Positions 45,393 to 57,979 of a stretch of 64,000 bases of DNA are shown in pieces. The DNA is from Phoronis australis (taxonomy: Eukaryota > Animalia > Phoronida), in contig NMRA01000138.1 in NCBI GenBank assembly GCA_002633005.1, positions 307,005 through 371,004 of the forward strand, given 5' to 3'. The notes beneath the pieces were generated by a model. The model was given only the letters and a program-made list of their open reading frames with translations. It was not told the DNA's origin and ran no database searches. The number at the start of each line of letters is the position of its first letter. The first letter of the stretch is position 1. Position numbers and translations under genes: made by a program.

Positions 45393-47254
45393 CCTGAGTG
45401 TAGCTCTCATACATTTTTGTGCACTTTTTGTTGACTGCACTGATGTACAAGAATGTCCGGGTATACAGAATGAGAAATTTTCTGTTCATTAATTTGCGTA
45501 CACTGGCCATTCCCCATGGTGAGGTATTGACGTGATTCTTCCATTTTTGACTTCATGTTATGTAGGACCCTAGAAAAATGCTCAATTTTAGCCAACTTTG
45601 GAACATCGTATCTCAGAACTGGCTTATGGGATTCACATGAAACTTTCAGATACTAGGCTTTGTACACTCTTCTCAAAAACTACAAATTGTTTTTAAAGTG
45701 TTCCACTTTTGCACGAGGACTATCAAAAAATAGGACTCATGATTTTCATGAAAAAAGATGAAGTTGCTCTAAACAAAAACAAAACAATAATTTAGAAAAA
45801 AGTTGCATCATTTTTCAGGTTTTATCTTGAACATATGTCGTAGTTTATGAAATTTGGTGATGTCATCGAAATTGTTGTTTTGTTACGAATGTACCTTTCT
45901 TTTTTGCTTAATTTTCCTAACAAAGCAAGGTTACATGACTTAATTAGTGTTAAGATTGGTTTAAGGTCAAAAATCAAATTCTATAGACTTTCTTCTTTCA
46001 GAAAATATATGATTTTGCCGAGATAAATTATATTATAGTTTCATAGATATTTGTCTAATTGTACAGACTTTTCGATAAGGTCCTGCATAACCTTTGTTGT
46101 TTTTATAATAATTATAATAACTTGCAGTCACGTTGATGGTATATCTTTGTTATGCATTTTGTGTAGGTATTATAATCCCCTTGCACCATATGTTTTTATG
46201 CATTTTGTGTTGGTTATAATACCTTTCCATACCTTTGCATGTCTCAGTGGTGTTATATTCCTATAAAGGCAGCTATCGTAACAACGAAAAAGTGTGTTTG
46301 ACGTTCACGCACAAGTTGTGGTTTTGTATTTTTTGTACTGAATAATATCGTGTGAACATACTTTAGTGTTGGTCTTGAATCATTTCAGTCTTTATCTATT
46401 ACTGTTATTTCAGTGTTCATTAATCGTAAAGCCTCTGTGATCAAGGTTTCTCTGGGACTTTCATATCATGTTGTTTAATACTGCATGACCCAAATACTAT
46501 GAAGCGTTTGACATTTTTCTTCTATGCTAACTGACTCAAACTATTTACTCTCTTGATTCCATAATATGTTAAAACACCTTTGTATGAGAGCATTTTGGGC
46601 TTGAAAGGGGTAACTGGTCCACATGTTGGCTTAGAATTTTGCAGTTGGTTGTAAATCACGTTTTGCTCACAAACAACAGGCCTTTAGAGATTAACATGCA
46701 ACATTACAGCGTTCTGTCGTTCAGTAACTTTTCCAGACGTGAGGGGTGCTGAACGTGCGATAACATCTGGCTCAGCTCAGTCTTTTGTCCCATATGATAA
46801 CAAGCAGGCCAATTATCTCCCAGGCTTCAAAGGAAACGTATGGTGGTTGCACGCTATTGGCGAACGCGTATGAACACAGTCAAACCAAGTGCGTCCGTTT
46901 GGACAGAATAGATTGTGTTAACTTCTGTTGTAGTTGGGCGATTTTGGTGATTCAAAAACGGAACATGATCAACATTTGACGAGAAATTCAGAAATTCTAT
47001 TGGTTTAAGCTCAAATATGTTATAACTTAACTTTATTTTTAACAGCACAACCCAGTCAGGCTAGATACGATCTGATCGGAGATTAGAGCAATTATCGAAG
47101 AAAAGAGCACAGGCCCTCCAACCATAAATGCCAGAATGGAGTTAATCAGTTGTGTAAGATATTGGCTAGGGGGGTAAACTTCCCAACTTGTTGTTGGGCT
47201 ATAGAATCGAACAAGTTGGGAGCAACGGGATGTCGCCTTCATGAAATCAGTGAA

Positions 47255-47840
47255 AGAAGATCATTGTGAACCCTGTTCTTTATATACAACTGTCCCAGCT
47301 GGACTATGGAAATAAACACAACTTGGCCATGGGTTTATGGTCCTGGGTAAGAAGATAATTGTTTGATTACTCCCCTTGTGGATAGGTGAGCCCAGAATGA
47401 GGGTGGGTTAAATACAGACTCCACTGTATGCTGATTGGTCTGGTGTGAATTCCATCAAGACAGTGAGTCTTCCTTGTTCATCGTGGTAGAATTGTCACAC
47501 AGGTCTATTGTCTCGTGCCAAAATCCCAAATTTCAAATTGCAATAAATGGAATCTTCCTGTTTAAATTATCATTTTACTGTATTCCATCCATGCCTTTAC
47601 TATGTGTAATGATTAGGGATGCTGAATTGCTCCACCCCAAAATATGAACTAGTGACGGGTGCTGCATGTGACAGTTTCAGTAGCATTCAGGGCTGTGCTA
47701 TTCAAAACCCATGGAGGTAATAAGACAATTATTTTCTCAGCCAGGACCATAAACCCTTTGTTGAAAAGTGTTTATTGACACAGGCCTACTGGGACAGTTG
47801 TATGACCAAGAGCAGAGTTGACAAAGAACTACTTTCTCTG
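47255..47840. repeat. Old fold-back/MITE-like inverted repeat
   Basis: ~100-bp imperfect inverted arms (caactgtcccag..gggtttatggtcctgg / ccaggaccataaaccc..ctgggacagttg). Confidence 0.55.
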
Positions 47841-48263
47841 ACCTTGCATGTCAATTTCAAGAAGCCTATTGTGTGTGAACGACACTGATGATTTACACCT
47901 ATTGCAAAATTCTAAGCCACTGCACGGTCTAGTTACCCCCTCCAAGCCCAAAATGAGGGTGTAGTGAATGGTTTGAGTAAATTCAGGTAGAAAATTCATA
48001 TTTTTGTACTTGAGAAGTAAATAAACGTTTTAGTGTGAAAGATTGTATTGATATAATAATCATATTAAGATTTTTTTCAAATTATACTGGAGTCATTTAG
48101 ATTCATGCTTGATTCTGGAAAGTGAAGTGTGCTTTCAGAGCCATGTCAGATGGGAGGGTGTGCCCTGCCAGCTTATGAATCTGCATGTAATAAATTTATC
48201 CACTGGATGTTCGTGTAGGGTGTGATGATATGTCCCATAACAGACTGTAGCTAGTGTTGTTGG

Positions 48264-48496
48264 TTATGTCTGGTTAAGATATTTCAGTGTCTGCGAATGT
48301 GCTAGGAATGTCACAGCATTGACCGGAAATGCCCTTAAACTGGTGATGAGTGTGCCATTAAAGAACACTCGCACACCATGAGCCAAGTACATCTGCACCG
48401 CACAGTCCCAAGCATTGCGATACTGTCCAATCATATCACTTTGTAGCCGACTTTTGATGACGTCAAAAGGCATTATGCTCATCCAGGCAATCACTC
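48264..48496 (-). CDS. SLC25 terminal exon
   Basis: PFDVIKSRLQ...RAFPVNAVTFL...NQT*. Confidence 0.9.
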
Positions 48497-51400
48497 CTGA
48501 AAAAGTCAAAGATGTATGGTTACCATGAGGGCAACTCCACTGGGAAGCAGCACCCCCTGGGTGAGCAGAGTTCAAGTTTAGTAGAATATGTAATTGACAT
48601 CATGAAAACAGCAGTCACCATGATTATTTATGTTTGTAGAAAACTCTCCTCTGAAGCTGAATCTGTCCATTAGGTTGCAGTAACCAATACTGGCATCCTG
48701 GCTACGGGAAGAGAGCACAGTAATCAAAACAACAGCAGCGATTTGAGGCCTGGTCGAAAGGCTTCGATAGATTGAGCTGTTAACCATTTCTTATTCAGAT
48801 CAAATTGTTAGAGGGAATTGTCGCGTAGTCGGCTTACCTGAACACCCTCCAGCAATGAGACTAGCAGCGACACCAGCGGAATCGCAATGCGGCGACAAGT
48901 AGTTAAAGAGAACCTCGTACGTTAATATGTAAAATCCAAAACTATAACTGTCTCTGACTGCCAGTACCGGGAGGCCCCTGAAAAAACCTCTCAGACCATA
49001 TTTTCCGTGTACGTATCTTACACATTCAATTGGTCCTTTGTAGAAAGCACTGTTAACTGAAAAAAAGAACAGACTTACTAGTAGTGCGCACGGCGGTTTC
49101 CGGGCCCGTCCCTCACGAGCCCATTATCATACATGAAACCAGTTTGTATGCAGATACGTCTTCTGCCGAAAACGACAACCAAAAACGGACGTTTGAGAAA
49201 ACGCTGTCCACTGAGTGCGGAATAATGCCATGTTCACTGTAGTCGTGTGAAAGGTGAACACTTTCTGATTTTCGCATGAAATGCTAGCGTCACGCTTATT
49301 CGCCGTGTGAACGGGAATTAAGATGTGAAAATGATGCGGGCGTTTTCAAAATGAAAACGCAATCGTGTGGACAGGACCTTAGTGAAAAGCTGTTACAAGT
49401 ACATTCACTAAATAAGTCAGTTCTGGCCCTTCTTGTGCCACTGCTAAAAAATCTAAATAAAAGCATGGGCGGCGAACAAGGGGGGGCGCATTTTTTAAAA
49501 AGCTCTAGTTGAATTTCCCTAATGTTAAGAAACAAGTGATATAGGGCTTGCTGGGAAAATTTTAATTTTCTTAAATATATCCCTAATGTTTTCTCCATTA
49601 AAGTTCACCGTGTCTTGCGTGACCGACGTTACCCTGCCAGTAGAGTTGGCTCCACCGCCCATGAAAAATGTGTCAGTTCTGAAGGAAACGTGAGATTCTA
49701 TGCAAACGAATTTTCTTTGACCCAGTCATACTGTTATGAGACCGCTTGAATTTATTACAACAGTCAATGCTTGTAAATAGCAAGCTACTGATTCAATTTT
49801 TAGTGCGAAAATCATTGAATGATGAGATAGATATTACATGCAATTAGACCATAAGAAAGGGACCAACACGATAATTGACAAAAATGACAAATACTCAGTG
49901 GTCGACATTGATAACTTACCCTTTGAAACGGAGTTGTTTGAAACCTGAGCTTGTAGAGTACACTTAACGACCTCTGTCGGACACATGGGTAACGTTTGAG
50001 CAACTCCAGCAATGCATCCTGCGGCGAATATCTGAGCATATGAGGCCGAGTTACTTTCATGAATCCCAAGTATTACTTTCAGTGAATGTCCATAAACACC
50101 GAAATAAACAGTATTCTGAATCACTCCGTTTAGCAGTGGAAAAGACATACCGCGGAACATCCCTTGAACCTGGATAAAATGGAGAACATGTGACGTAAAT
50201 GTGAAATATACGTTACCGCGATTAGTAAATATAGGTTTGATGATTGAGCAGGAATCATGAACAAATAATGTGTATACCCAACCAAATTTAACTTCCGACA
50301 TGCTTTTATGTGTAGTTGGCTATTTGTAAGATATCTGCTGTTTTAAAGTTCAGGAACACCTGTGATTTCTGTTCCTTTCTCAATCTTGAAATACAAAAAA
50401 TATCAACTTTCACAACCCAATAATAGTCATAGTACATATCAAAGTGTTATGACAGATCTTATGCCCCAATGTTGTTGCTTTACAGCAGTGGAGGCTTCCA
50501 GAATAGTGCTACGGGGACAACTGAAAATGAACGCATGTCATTCTGTAAATATAAGAGGTGCAATTTTATGAACGCGCTCACTAATCAACGCGTTTGGCAA
50601 ATGGTGGGCAACTGAATTTGAAGAAGCTTTTGGCTAATAAGGCCTATCGGTCTGAAGTCGCCACCTGCAATCTGAAGTCGCCTTTGTCAGACAAATCGGG
50701 CGCTCCATGGAATGGACATGCTTAGCTTGCTACAGTCGGGAAGCCCCAAGCGACGGGCTTCGAATTGACTGACAATTTAATTCTATAATACTCAGTTGAC
50801 CATTTTGAATTTTCCCGAAATAAATCTTTTTACTCTCTCTTGCTGAAATAATAGGGTTCACACGAGCAAATGCGCCATCAAATTGCGAAACGTGGTCAAT
50901 GTAACCCAATCACTGAGAATCAGGAAAATCTTTTTACTCTGCGCGTGTAAGCGCAGAGTACTATTGTTCCTGGGTTTTCTTCAATTTTATATTCTTATTA
51001 CTCTGCGCGTGTAAGCGCAGAGTACTGTTGTTCCTGGGTTTTCTTCAATTTTATTCTTATTCTTCTTCTTATTCTTCTTCCGACCAACTTTGAGGCTTAA
51101 TAACTCCAAATTGGGTGCAGATACGGTCTTTAAATTCAGCATATGACTTTTGACAGTATATAAATTTTGATTGGTTATATAATCATATTCCATATTGCAC
51201 AGGAAGAGGTCGTTTGGTGCAAAGGTCATATAATTTTCAAAATGCTACTCCTCCTTCAGTTTTAAAGCTATCTTTTTCAAATTCGGTGCACAGGTATAAG
51301 TCAACATGACAATTTAAAAAATTACTTTTCTAAGTAATCGGGTCATCCAATCAGGTGAAATAGGTCAAAGGTCATTAGGTGCAAACTAAAATTTTGAGCT

Positions 51401-54400
51401 AGACACTTCAAATTGACAGGTCTGATTGCCACAGGTAAATCAAATCGGAATCCAAAGTTTCAGGTCATTTAGTGCAAACATGGGGTCATTAGGTGCATTT
51501 TTCTTCTGAAAATTTGACCTTTTCAATCAGCAAGTATTCTGATGTGTCAACCGTTAGACAACTGTGATTCTCAGCGTTAAACACATTTTCCATGGGCTTT
51601 GCAATAATTCTCCTAAAGATGCTTAAAATGCACCGGATAAGGTCAATTAGTGCAAAGGTCATGTAACGTTCAAAATGTTATATCTCTTACGTTTTTCAAG
51701 GAATTCTTTTCAATTTCAGCACACTGGTGTAAGTCAACATGCCAATTGAATACCCTACTTTACTTCGCAATAGGCCTAACCAATCAGAAAAAATAGGTCA
51801 AAGGTCATTGAGTGCAAACTAAAATTTTGAGCTAGAGACTTCAGAATTACGTATCTGTTTACTAAGTGCGATTGAGTATGAATTCTAAATTTTCAGGTCA
51901 TTTGGTGCACCCATGGGGTCATTAGGTGCATTTTTCTTCTGAAAGTTTGACCACTTCATTCATCTTGTATTCTGAAGTGCTTAAAGTAAAACATCTGTGA
52001 TTATTAGCATTAACCACACTTTTAATCGAGTTAACAATTACTTCCTCATCAGGGCTCATAATGCACCGGAAGAGGTCAATTAGTGGAAAGGTCATCAAAA
52101 AATTAATATGTAATTTCTCCTACAATTTTAAAGAATTACTTTTCATATTGGTAAACGGGTTGCTGTCAGTAACTTCCAATAATAATTCCAGTAATACGCC
52201 CGCGCAGAGTCCGTTATTGTCACGCCGTGACAATAATCTTTCTAGTTTATAATTATTATTGTCCAATTACTATTGTTCGTGTAGAAAGAGATGAAACACT
52301 TTAAGAAATGAGGCACCCGTCTTTTTCATGTGTTACTGATCTTTGTTTATTATTGAGAACACAAGTAAAAATACACCAAAACCTGTCGCATGCCGATTTC
52401 ACCAGATATCAACAGGGTTCCCCGACGTATAATCGCCTTCATGTTTGGGAAGATTGGTGGAAACTTGGTTGAAGGCACGATTGTACTTTAGACAGCTTAA
52501 TATATACTCGCTCGTAGTCTCTATACTCTATGCAATCTCCTATCTTCAGGCGTGTGATTATGAAGCAAAACACCAAGAGCGACGTAACGGACAAACAATT
52601 TATAATAGTTGCTATAATTTGAGACCACGTATCATCATCAGGCAATAGGGTGAAATGAACGTGGAAGAGAAATAAACTGTGAAATAAAACGGTAACATCG
52701 GGTAGAAGGGCATGCAAGCAGAGAGTGTAAATGTGTCACACGGTACCACAAGACTAACGGAACACGGCTACAAAATGTTTAATCGAAATGTGTCATTTTC
52801 TGCATAGCGAATAGCGGTATTGTCAACTACTTATTTCCTAGTTATTTTCCGGCCATGTTTGGCAGTGCTGTAGTGGTAAAATTAGAGGTAAAATGAGTAG
52901 GCGCTCAAAGCCCACCTCATCATCTTGAGCACTGAACGTAACTTACGGTGTGTGGGTGCTACGTTCAAATGCCAAAAGGTGGTTGGCTGCACCTACGTGC
53001 GCCTACGCCCTACTACAGCATGTTTGGTGGAGATAAGATTTTTTAGTTATTCCACGAAAATGCCTTCGGAGATTAACACGGACATCGAAACATGCATTTT
53101 GACCATTGATGATTCTTACGAACAAATTAAGTCCATGATCGCCCTGTTTACGCGGTCTGCTAATTACAATGTTAGAAAATTTGGAGGCGAACTGAGTAAC
53201 GTACTCCAAGGACTATTGCGATCTGAAAGCACTGCGTAAAGTCATTTATACTGTGAAAGCGAAGAGAGAAAGAGTGAAATGGAGAATGCCTCATTCAATC
53301 ATTTTTAGACTCACCATACCGCGGTTGAACATAAGTTTTACAGCCTCCCATGTGCCTTGATGTTTCGTGGAGGTTGATTGAACTTGTAGCATTACCTGCA
53401 ATGAGGACGAGACATCATTCCCAGATCACTGTTAGCATGTGAGTTTATGAATAGATAAAATCAATCCGGTTTTCCTATGAACATTTCGCACAAACTTATT
53501 CGGAAGGAGAGAGTACTATTAATATGTTCAATTGGTATATTAGGCCATCAAAAACATATTTGCTTCTGGCCTGTATCCCGACTCATTTTGAGACATGCGC
53601 TTACCGACATAAAACATCCGCACTCATCACGTTGCTCGTGTTCTTTTTTGAAAAGCAGCACAAAGGCATGTCAGCAATATTTAAAAACGCCGTGATTTGC
53701 CAAGGGATGAGCAAAAACAAACCCTGCAACATTTTGCTCGTCTCGCATGAAGCTTCTTATTGAAAAGGTGAGCAACAATAGAAAGGACCTGAATGCCTAT
53801 TCTAGAGAAGTTACTCCCCCAATTGCTTTCTGGGATAGTCGCCTCTAAGGAGCCAATTGTCTTTTTTCAGTTTCTTTTTCACGCACGCTTTGATCAACAA
53901 TACACACTGCCTTCGTCGTTCTTTTTCACGGGCGCCCAGGAACGATTTCAGATAACTTTGAATTGAGGCTTTCGTTAAAACTTGCAATTAAATCACAAAA
54001 CACAACAAATTTTGCTGTTTTATAGCTCTGTAACAAGCGTTTAATGACTTGAAGAAGTCATTCTTATCCAACCCCCAAAATGTGGTGCGAATGCGCACCT
54101 TAAAAACGAGATGATTTAGAGTTCTCTGAACAAATCTGTATTGATATAAAAAGGGGTTTACTTTTTTGGTGAAGAAATTCCAGGAACATTCAGCAAACTT
54201 GTTTTTAAAATTTGAATATACTATAAGTTTCTCGGAGAACGTCATCAGATAAAGTCTTCGTAACAAAGAAAAACAATTCTTTTGTTGTCAAACTAATTTT
54301 ATTTCTAGCTAAGTTTCAATAGTTGCAGATAACGGTAAGATTGGGTTGTGCAATTTTTAATGTATTCAAAACGAAAAGAATCGTGAAAACGAATTTATTT

Positions 54401-57400
54401 TGGGCTACGAAAATACCCGAGGTGTTCCGGATGACCTCGGAAAAATTCGTCAAGTCTTCGAGCCTCTGAGTTCGACAGATAAGGACTTCTCTGTCGAAAA
54501 TTAAAACGCTAAACAGGTTGTGCCACGGCACCTGAATAATACACGAAAATCAACTGGTCCCGACGTACTCTGTACACTATTATCAGTTCAGTTTACCATA
54601 TTAATCGTCCGTTGACAGACGTGTTTAAAACGTAATTAAAATTACAGCCAAGACCACGATTTTTTTGGTTATCTGTCCAATAATTTGGATATTTATGACA
54701 TTGAAAAGAAGATAATTGTAGTTTTTCAATGTATTTATATCCATTGTACTATTCACTGGTAAATTTATCAATCAAAATGTAATTTGGTTGAGCACTTCGA
54801 GTGCATTGGTCATAACCTCAAAGAATAGGGCTCGAGTTTCGAGATTGTGGATGCTGATTTTTATAAAGCGAGCATGTTAATGAACTAGGGCGCTATTGAA
54901 TTTGTGAGGAACTACAAGACAGTATATTTCAAGTTATACATAAAAACTCAATTACTTTTGACTTTTTTCTCAGGGATCGATGACATTTATCCACCTTCGG
55001 ACATAGCATTGACACTAACATAATTCACAGCTGTTCGCTTGTTGACTTGACAGCCCAGTGTTCCTTTATCGTCACCCCTGATTTTTAAGGCACCTACTAA
55101 CCCCAATATATGGATAGGAGCCACTTAATATTATTAGAAATTTGTGGAACCTTCCTGAACCGCCTGTAGCCTTTGATTGGATATAATTCAGTACGGATGT
55201 TGAAATAAAATATTCATATTGATTAACGTACGCGTTGAATTATCAATTCTGCGCGTTGAATATGCAATTGTGCTCGTTGAATAAGCAATTGTGCGCGTTG
55301 AATTACTAATTCTTCGCGTAGAATAAGCGCAGAAATCGTTTAAAAACCAAATCTGTGAGTAAAATTACTAATTTTGCGTGTAATCCAGTTCGTCCAACAA
55401 CGCCCCGGCGCATATCCGCCGTATTATTCTCTGCCGAAATTCATCGTTATCTGTCAAGTGAACGGATAAGGAAAGGTATCCACGGACAGAGGTTAGACAG
55501 GTAAGATGCTACAAAATTCTGCCGACTAAGCTGACGTAGTGGTTTGAAAAATTTGGGGTGACATCCATCGATCGAGGTACTTGTGACAGATATGTGAAAA
55601 AAGTAAAAATCGAAAATAACCTCAATGTTGCAGAGTAGCAGAATTTGTCCGAAATTCGTCCTCCAGGGATTAAAAAATGCAACTGCGAACACGGGATACA
55701 AGACGAAGAAGACTATAATATGGGGGCGCGAGAGCATAATAACAATAACCCATACCAAATATATAACAGCTGCGGCGTTGTTGTGGAGTGGATACAAGTA
55801 CCAAGCGCTTACCTTTGCGGTGTCAAATGGGTAACCACACAGCATTCCAGCAGTACCTAAAATATGAACTAACTCTTTAATAAGACCCTCATTTTCCGAT
55901 TATTACAACAAACCTTAACAAGTAACACGTATGCAGGGAGCAGCATGCCAAAGGTTGTAAAAAGCGGCTATAAGTCTGACTAACATAGGAAAAAACTTCT
56001 GATTTTATGTAGAGTATCTACCGTTACGAAACTGGTCTCAAATTGGTTACTGTTTGAGGTCAGGCTCTACCAGTTGGCTTGTCACGTCGATCGTTGCCAT
56101 TTTATGCAACGAGCGTGGTCTCAAGGAATAACGAGCTAGGCCTATCAGTTATTTTCAAACTTAGAAATTACTTCTCACCTGAGTAAGCAACAAACTGAAA
56201 CCAATTTTATAAAGGCAAGTGGTCTAAATCAAAAGTTAGCTTCTTGAACGGAATGGGGGTTTATAGGTTGACGATTTTGCCGTCACCGTTTAGATGAATG
56301 GCTTTTTACGTCAGTGTTGCTGTGGCCATAGGACCAGAGCTCTTGCTGAGGGGAAGAGACAGAGATTGAAGCAGCATTTCGTGATAAAAATATGATCACA
56401 GCCCCATAAATCACTTTCACATTATATCCAGGTTCTCATTCACTCCCACTAGCTAGTACAACCGAGCTCAGAGGGGTAGGAGACACTTTTGTGCAATGCT
56501 CGGTTGTCTGCCAGTAAACCAGGATTCCAACCCAGGTCTCCCATACGGGAGTCCGAAGCTCAAACCACTGAGCCACACTGTACGTCTCCTCAATTTCATG
56601 ATCAGATTATTCAAAATTCTACGGAGTTACAACGGTTTGCTGGTCGTAAACCCCTCCTCATGGAAAATGTTTGAAATGAAGTGTTGTCTGAAGTGAGTTT
56701 TGTAGAGTAGTATCGTGTTCGAGGACTCGATACGGTTAACTCGTGAATTTTTGGAACATGTTGTGGACTTTCAGGTCATAAATCCGCCATTCAGTGATGA
56801 AAAAATATTCCTCATATTAATCAAATTACAGCCAGAAGTGAGTATTCCAGTGTGTGGTCAGTAGATACTGTAAGGTACCCAAGCTGGGACCTCTGCACAT
56901 GCATCGGCTGGTTCTATCCTCAACGTAAGCTGTACATAAGGTTGCGGGAGCTGAAAACTAATTAGACCACTTGTCATTTTGAGGCCTAACATTGCTCTCC
57001 CGAGCAGGTCCATGACCTGATAAGCTTGAGGCATCGGTTTGCGATGTCACTAGAATTGCCTTTTTCCTCTAATTTTGTTCTTCTGGCAAGTTCTTATATA
57101 GTTTGATCATAAAACTCTAGGTCTACAGTTCTATATGCCTTGATGTACGATGCTGTTATCGTCTGCTCATTTTGTTTGCAAGGCTATGAGTCTATGGTCT
57201 CTGCAGACTGTAATTGGTCATCGGGTCATAAACAGCGACATCTCAATAACATTCGGCGGCTTGAATGCCAGTATAGCCATGGCATATAAGCATGTGGCTC
57301 AGACCGAAGCATTATGGCCATGCACTTGGGTCGAGTTACCTTGCCTTACGAAACCGACGGAAACGGCAAATTCTAGCCTATAATTCACGAATTCTATCCG

Positions 57401-57979
57401 ATAATTCACGAATTATAACATTGCAACCTCACTAACCATTCACTTCAGTGGCCGCATGGTGGCCGTCATTTGCTAGCGCGAGTTACTCTGGTAAGGACTC
57501 GAGCACACTTCAGTTGCAAAACACTCGCCTTATCTCTCGTGATTTTGCGTGCGTGGTCTTACGTGATCTTGCTTTTCTCGCAAGAAACCTAGTCTACGGA
57601 ACGCATTGCCGTTCGACATCACACAAGGAAAGTTGTAATGCATTTTAGCCCGCAATCAGAGGACGAAGTATCAGCACTTGCTCGCGTAATAAAACATCCG
57701 ATATTTACTGCATTTACCTTAGCATCAACGCTGTGCATACTGCAGTGAAGCTGCATGCATTATCACTGGAGAGAACGGTGCTTTACCAGAGAATACTATA
57801 CTTCCTCTATGCCGTCCATCGATGAAAACGGACTGGACAGCATTTTGTAGTCGACTTAAAGAATATAGTAGCTGAACTATAATTAATCACATTACAACAT
57901 CCCAAGCAAAACGGTTGTTGCATGAAAACTTACCTGCAACACAGCCTGCAATATAATCGTGGCTAACACCATCTGCCAT
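48264..57979 (-). CDS. Mitochondrial carrier, SLC25A45/47/48/29 clade (multi-exon)
   Basis: Exons 57979-57934, 55856-55813, 53395-53315, 50169-49920, 49056-48838, 48496-48264, all phase-consistent. Three carrier signatures PFDTAK, PTEVVK, PFDVIKSRLQ; C-terminal RAFPVNAVTF. Confidence 0.9.
48838..49056 (-). CDS. SLC25 exon 5
   Basis: YKGPIECVR...GLRGFFRGL...RDSYSFGFYILTYE...IAGGCS. Confidence 0.9.
49920..50169 (-). CDS. SLC25 exon 4
   Basis: GMFRGMSFPL...AGCIAGVAQTLPMCPTEVVKCTLQ. Confidence 0.9.
50932..52247 (+). mobile_element. HINE-like element, family B
   Basis: 5' IR actctgcgc..gcgcagagt (duplicated), (ttc/tta)n microsatellite, ~433-bp internal duplication, 3' subTIR cgcgcagagt plus hairpin ttattgtcacgccgtgacaataa, ends ctagtt. 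Confidence 0.75.
53315..53395 (-). CDS. SLC25 exon 3
   Basis: VMLQVQSTSTKHQGTWEAVKLMFNRGM, phase 0-0. Confidence 0.8.
55813..55856 (-). CDS. SLC25 exon 2
   Basis: GTAGMLCGYPFDTAK. Confidence 0.88.
57934..57979 (-). CDS. SLC25 exon 1
   Basis: MADGVSHDYIAGCVA, G|gtaagt. Confidence 0.8.

Noticed and set aside
49463-49643. Short element with catgggcgg..ccgcccatg ends (similar remnant at ~58683-58840)
   Set aside because: Probable small MITE remnants, but TSDs are unclear; too weak to classify.
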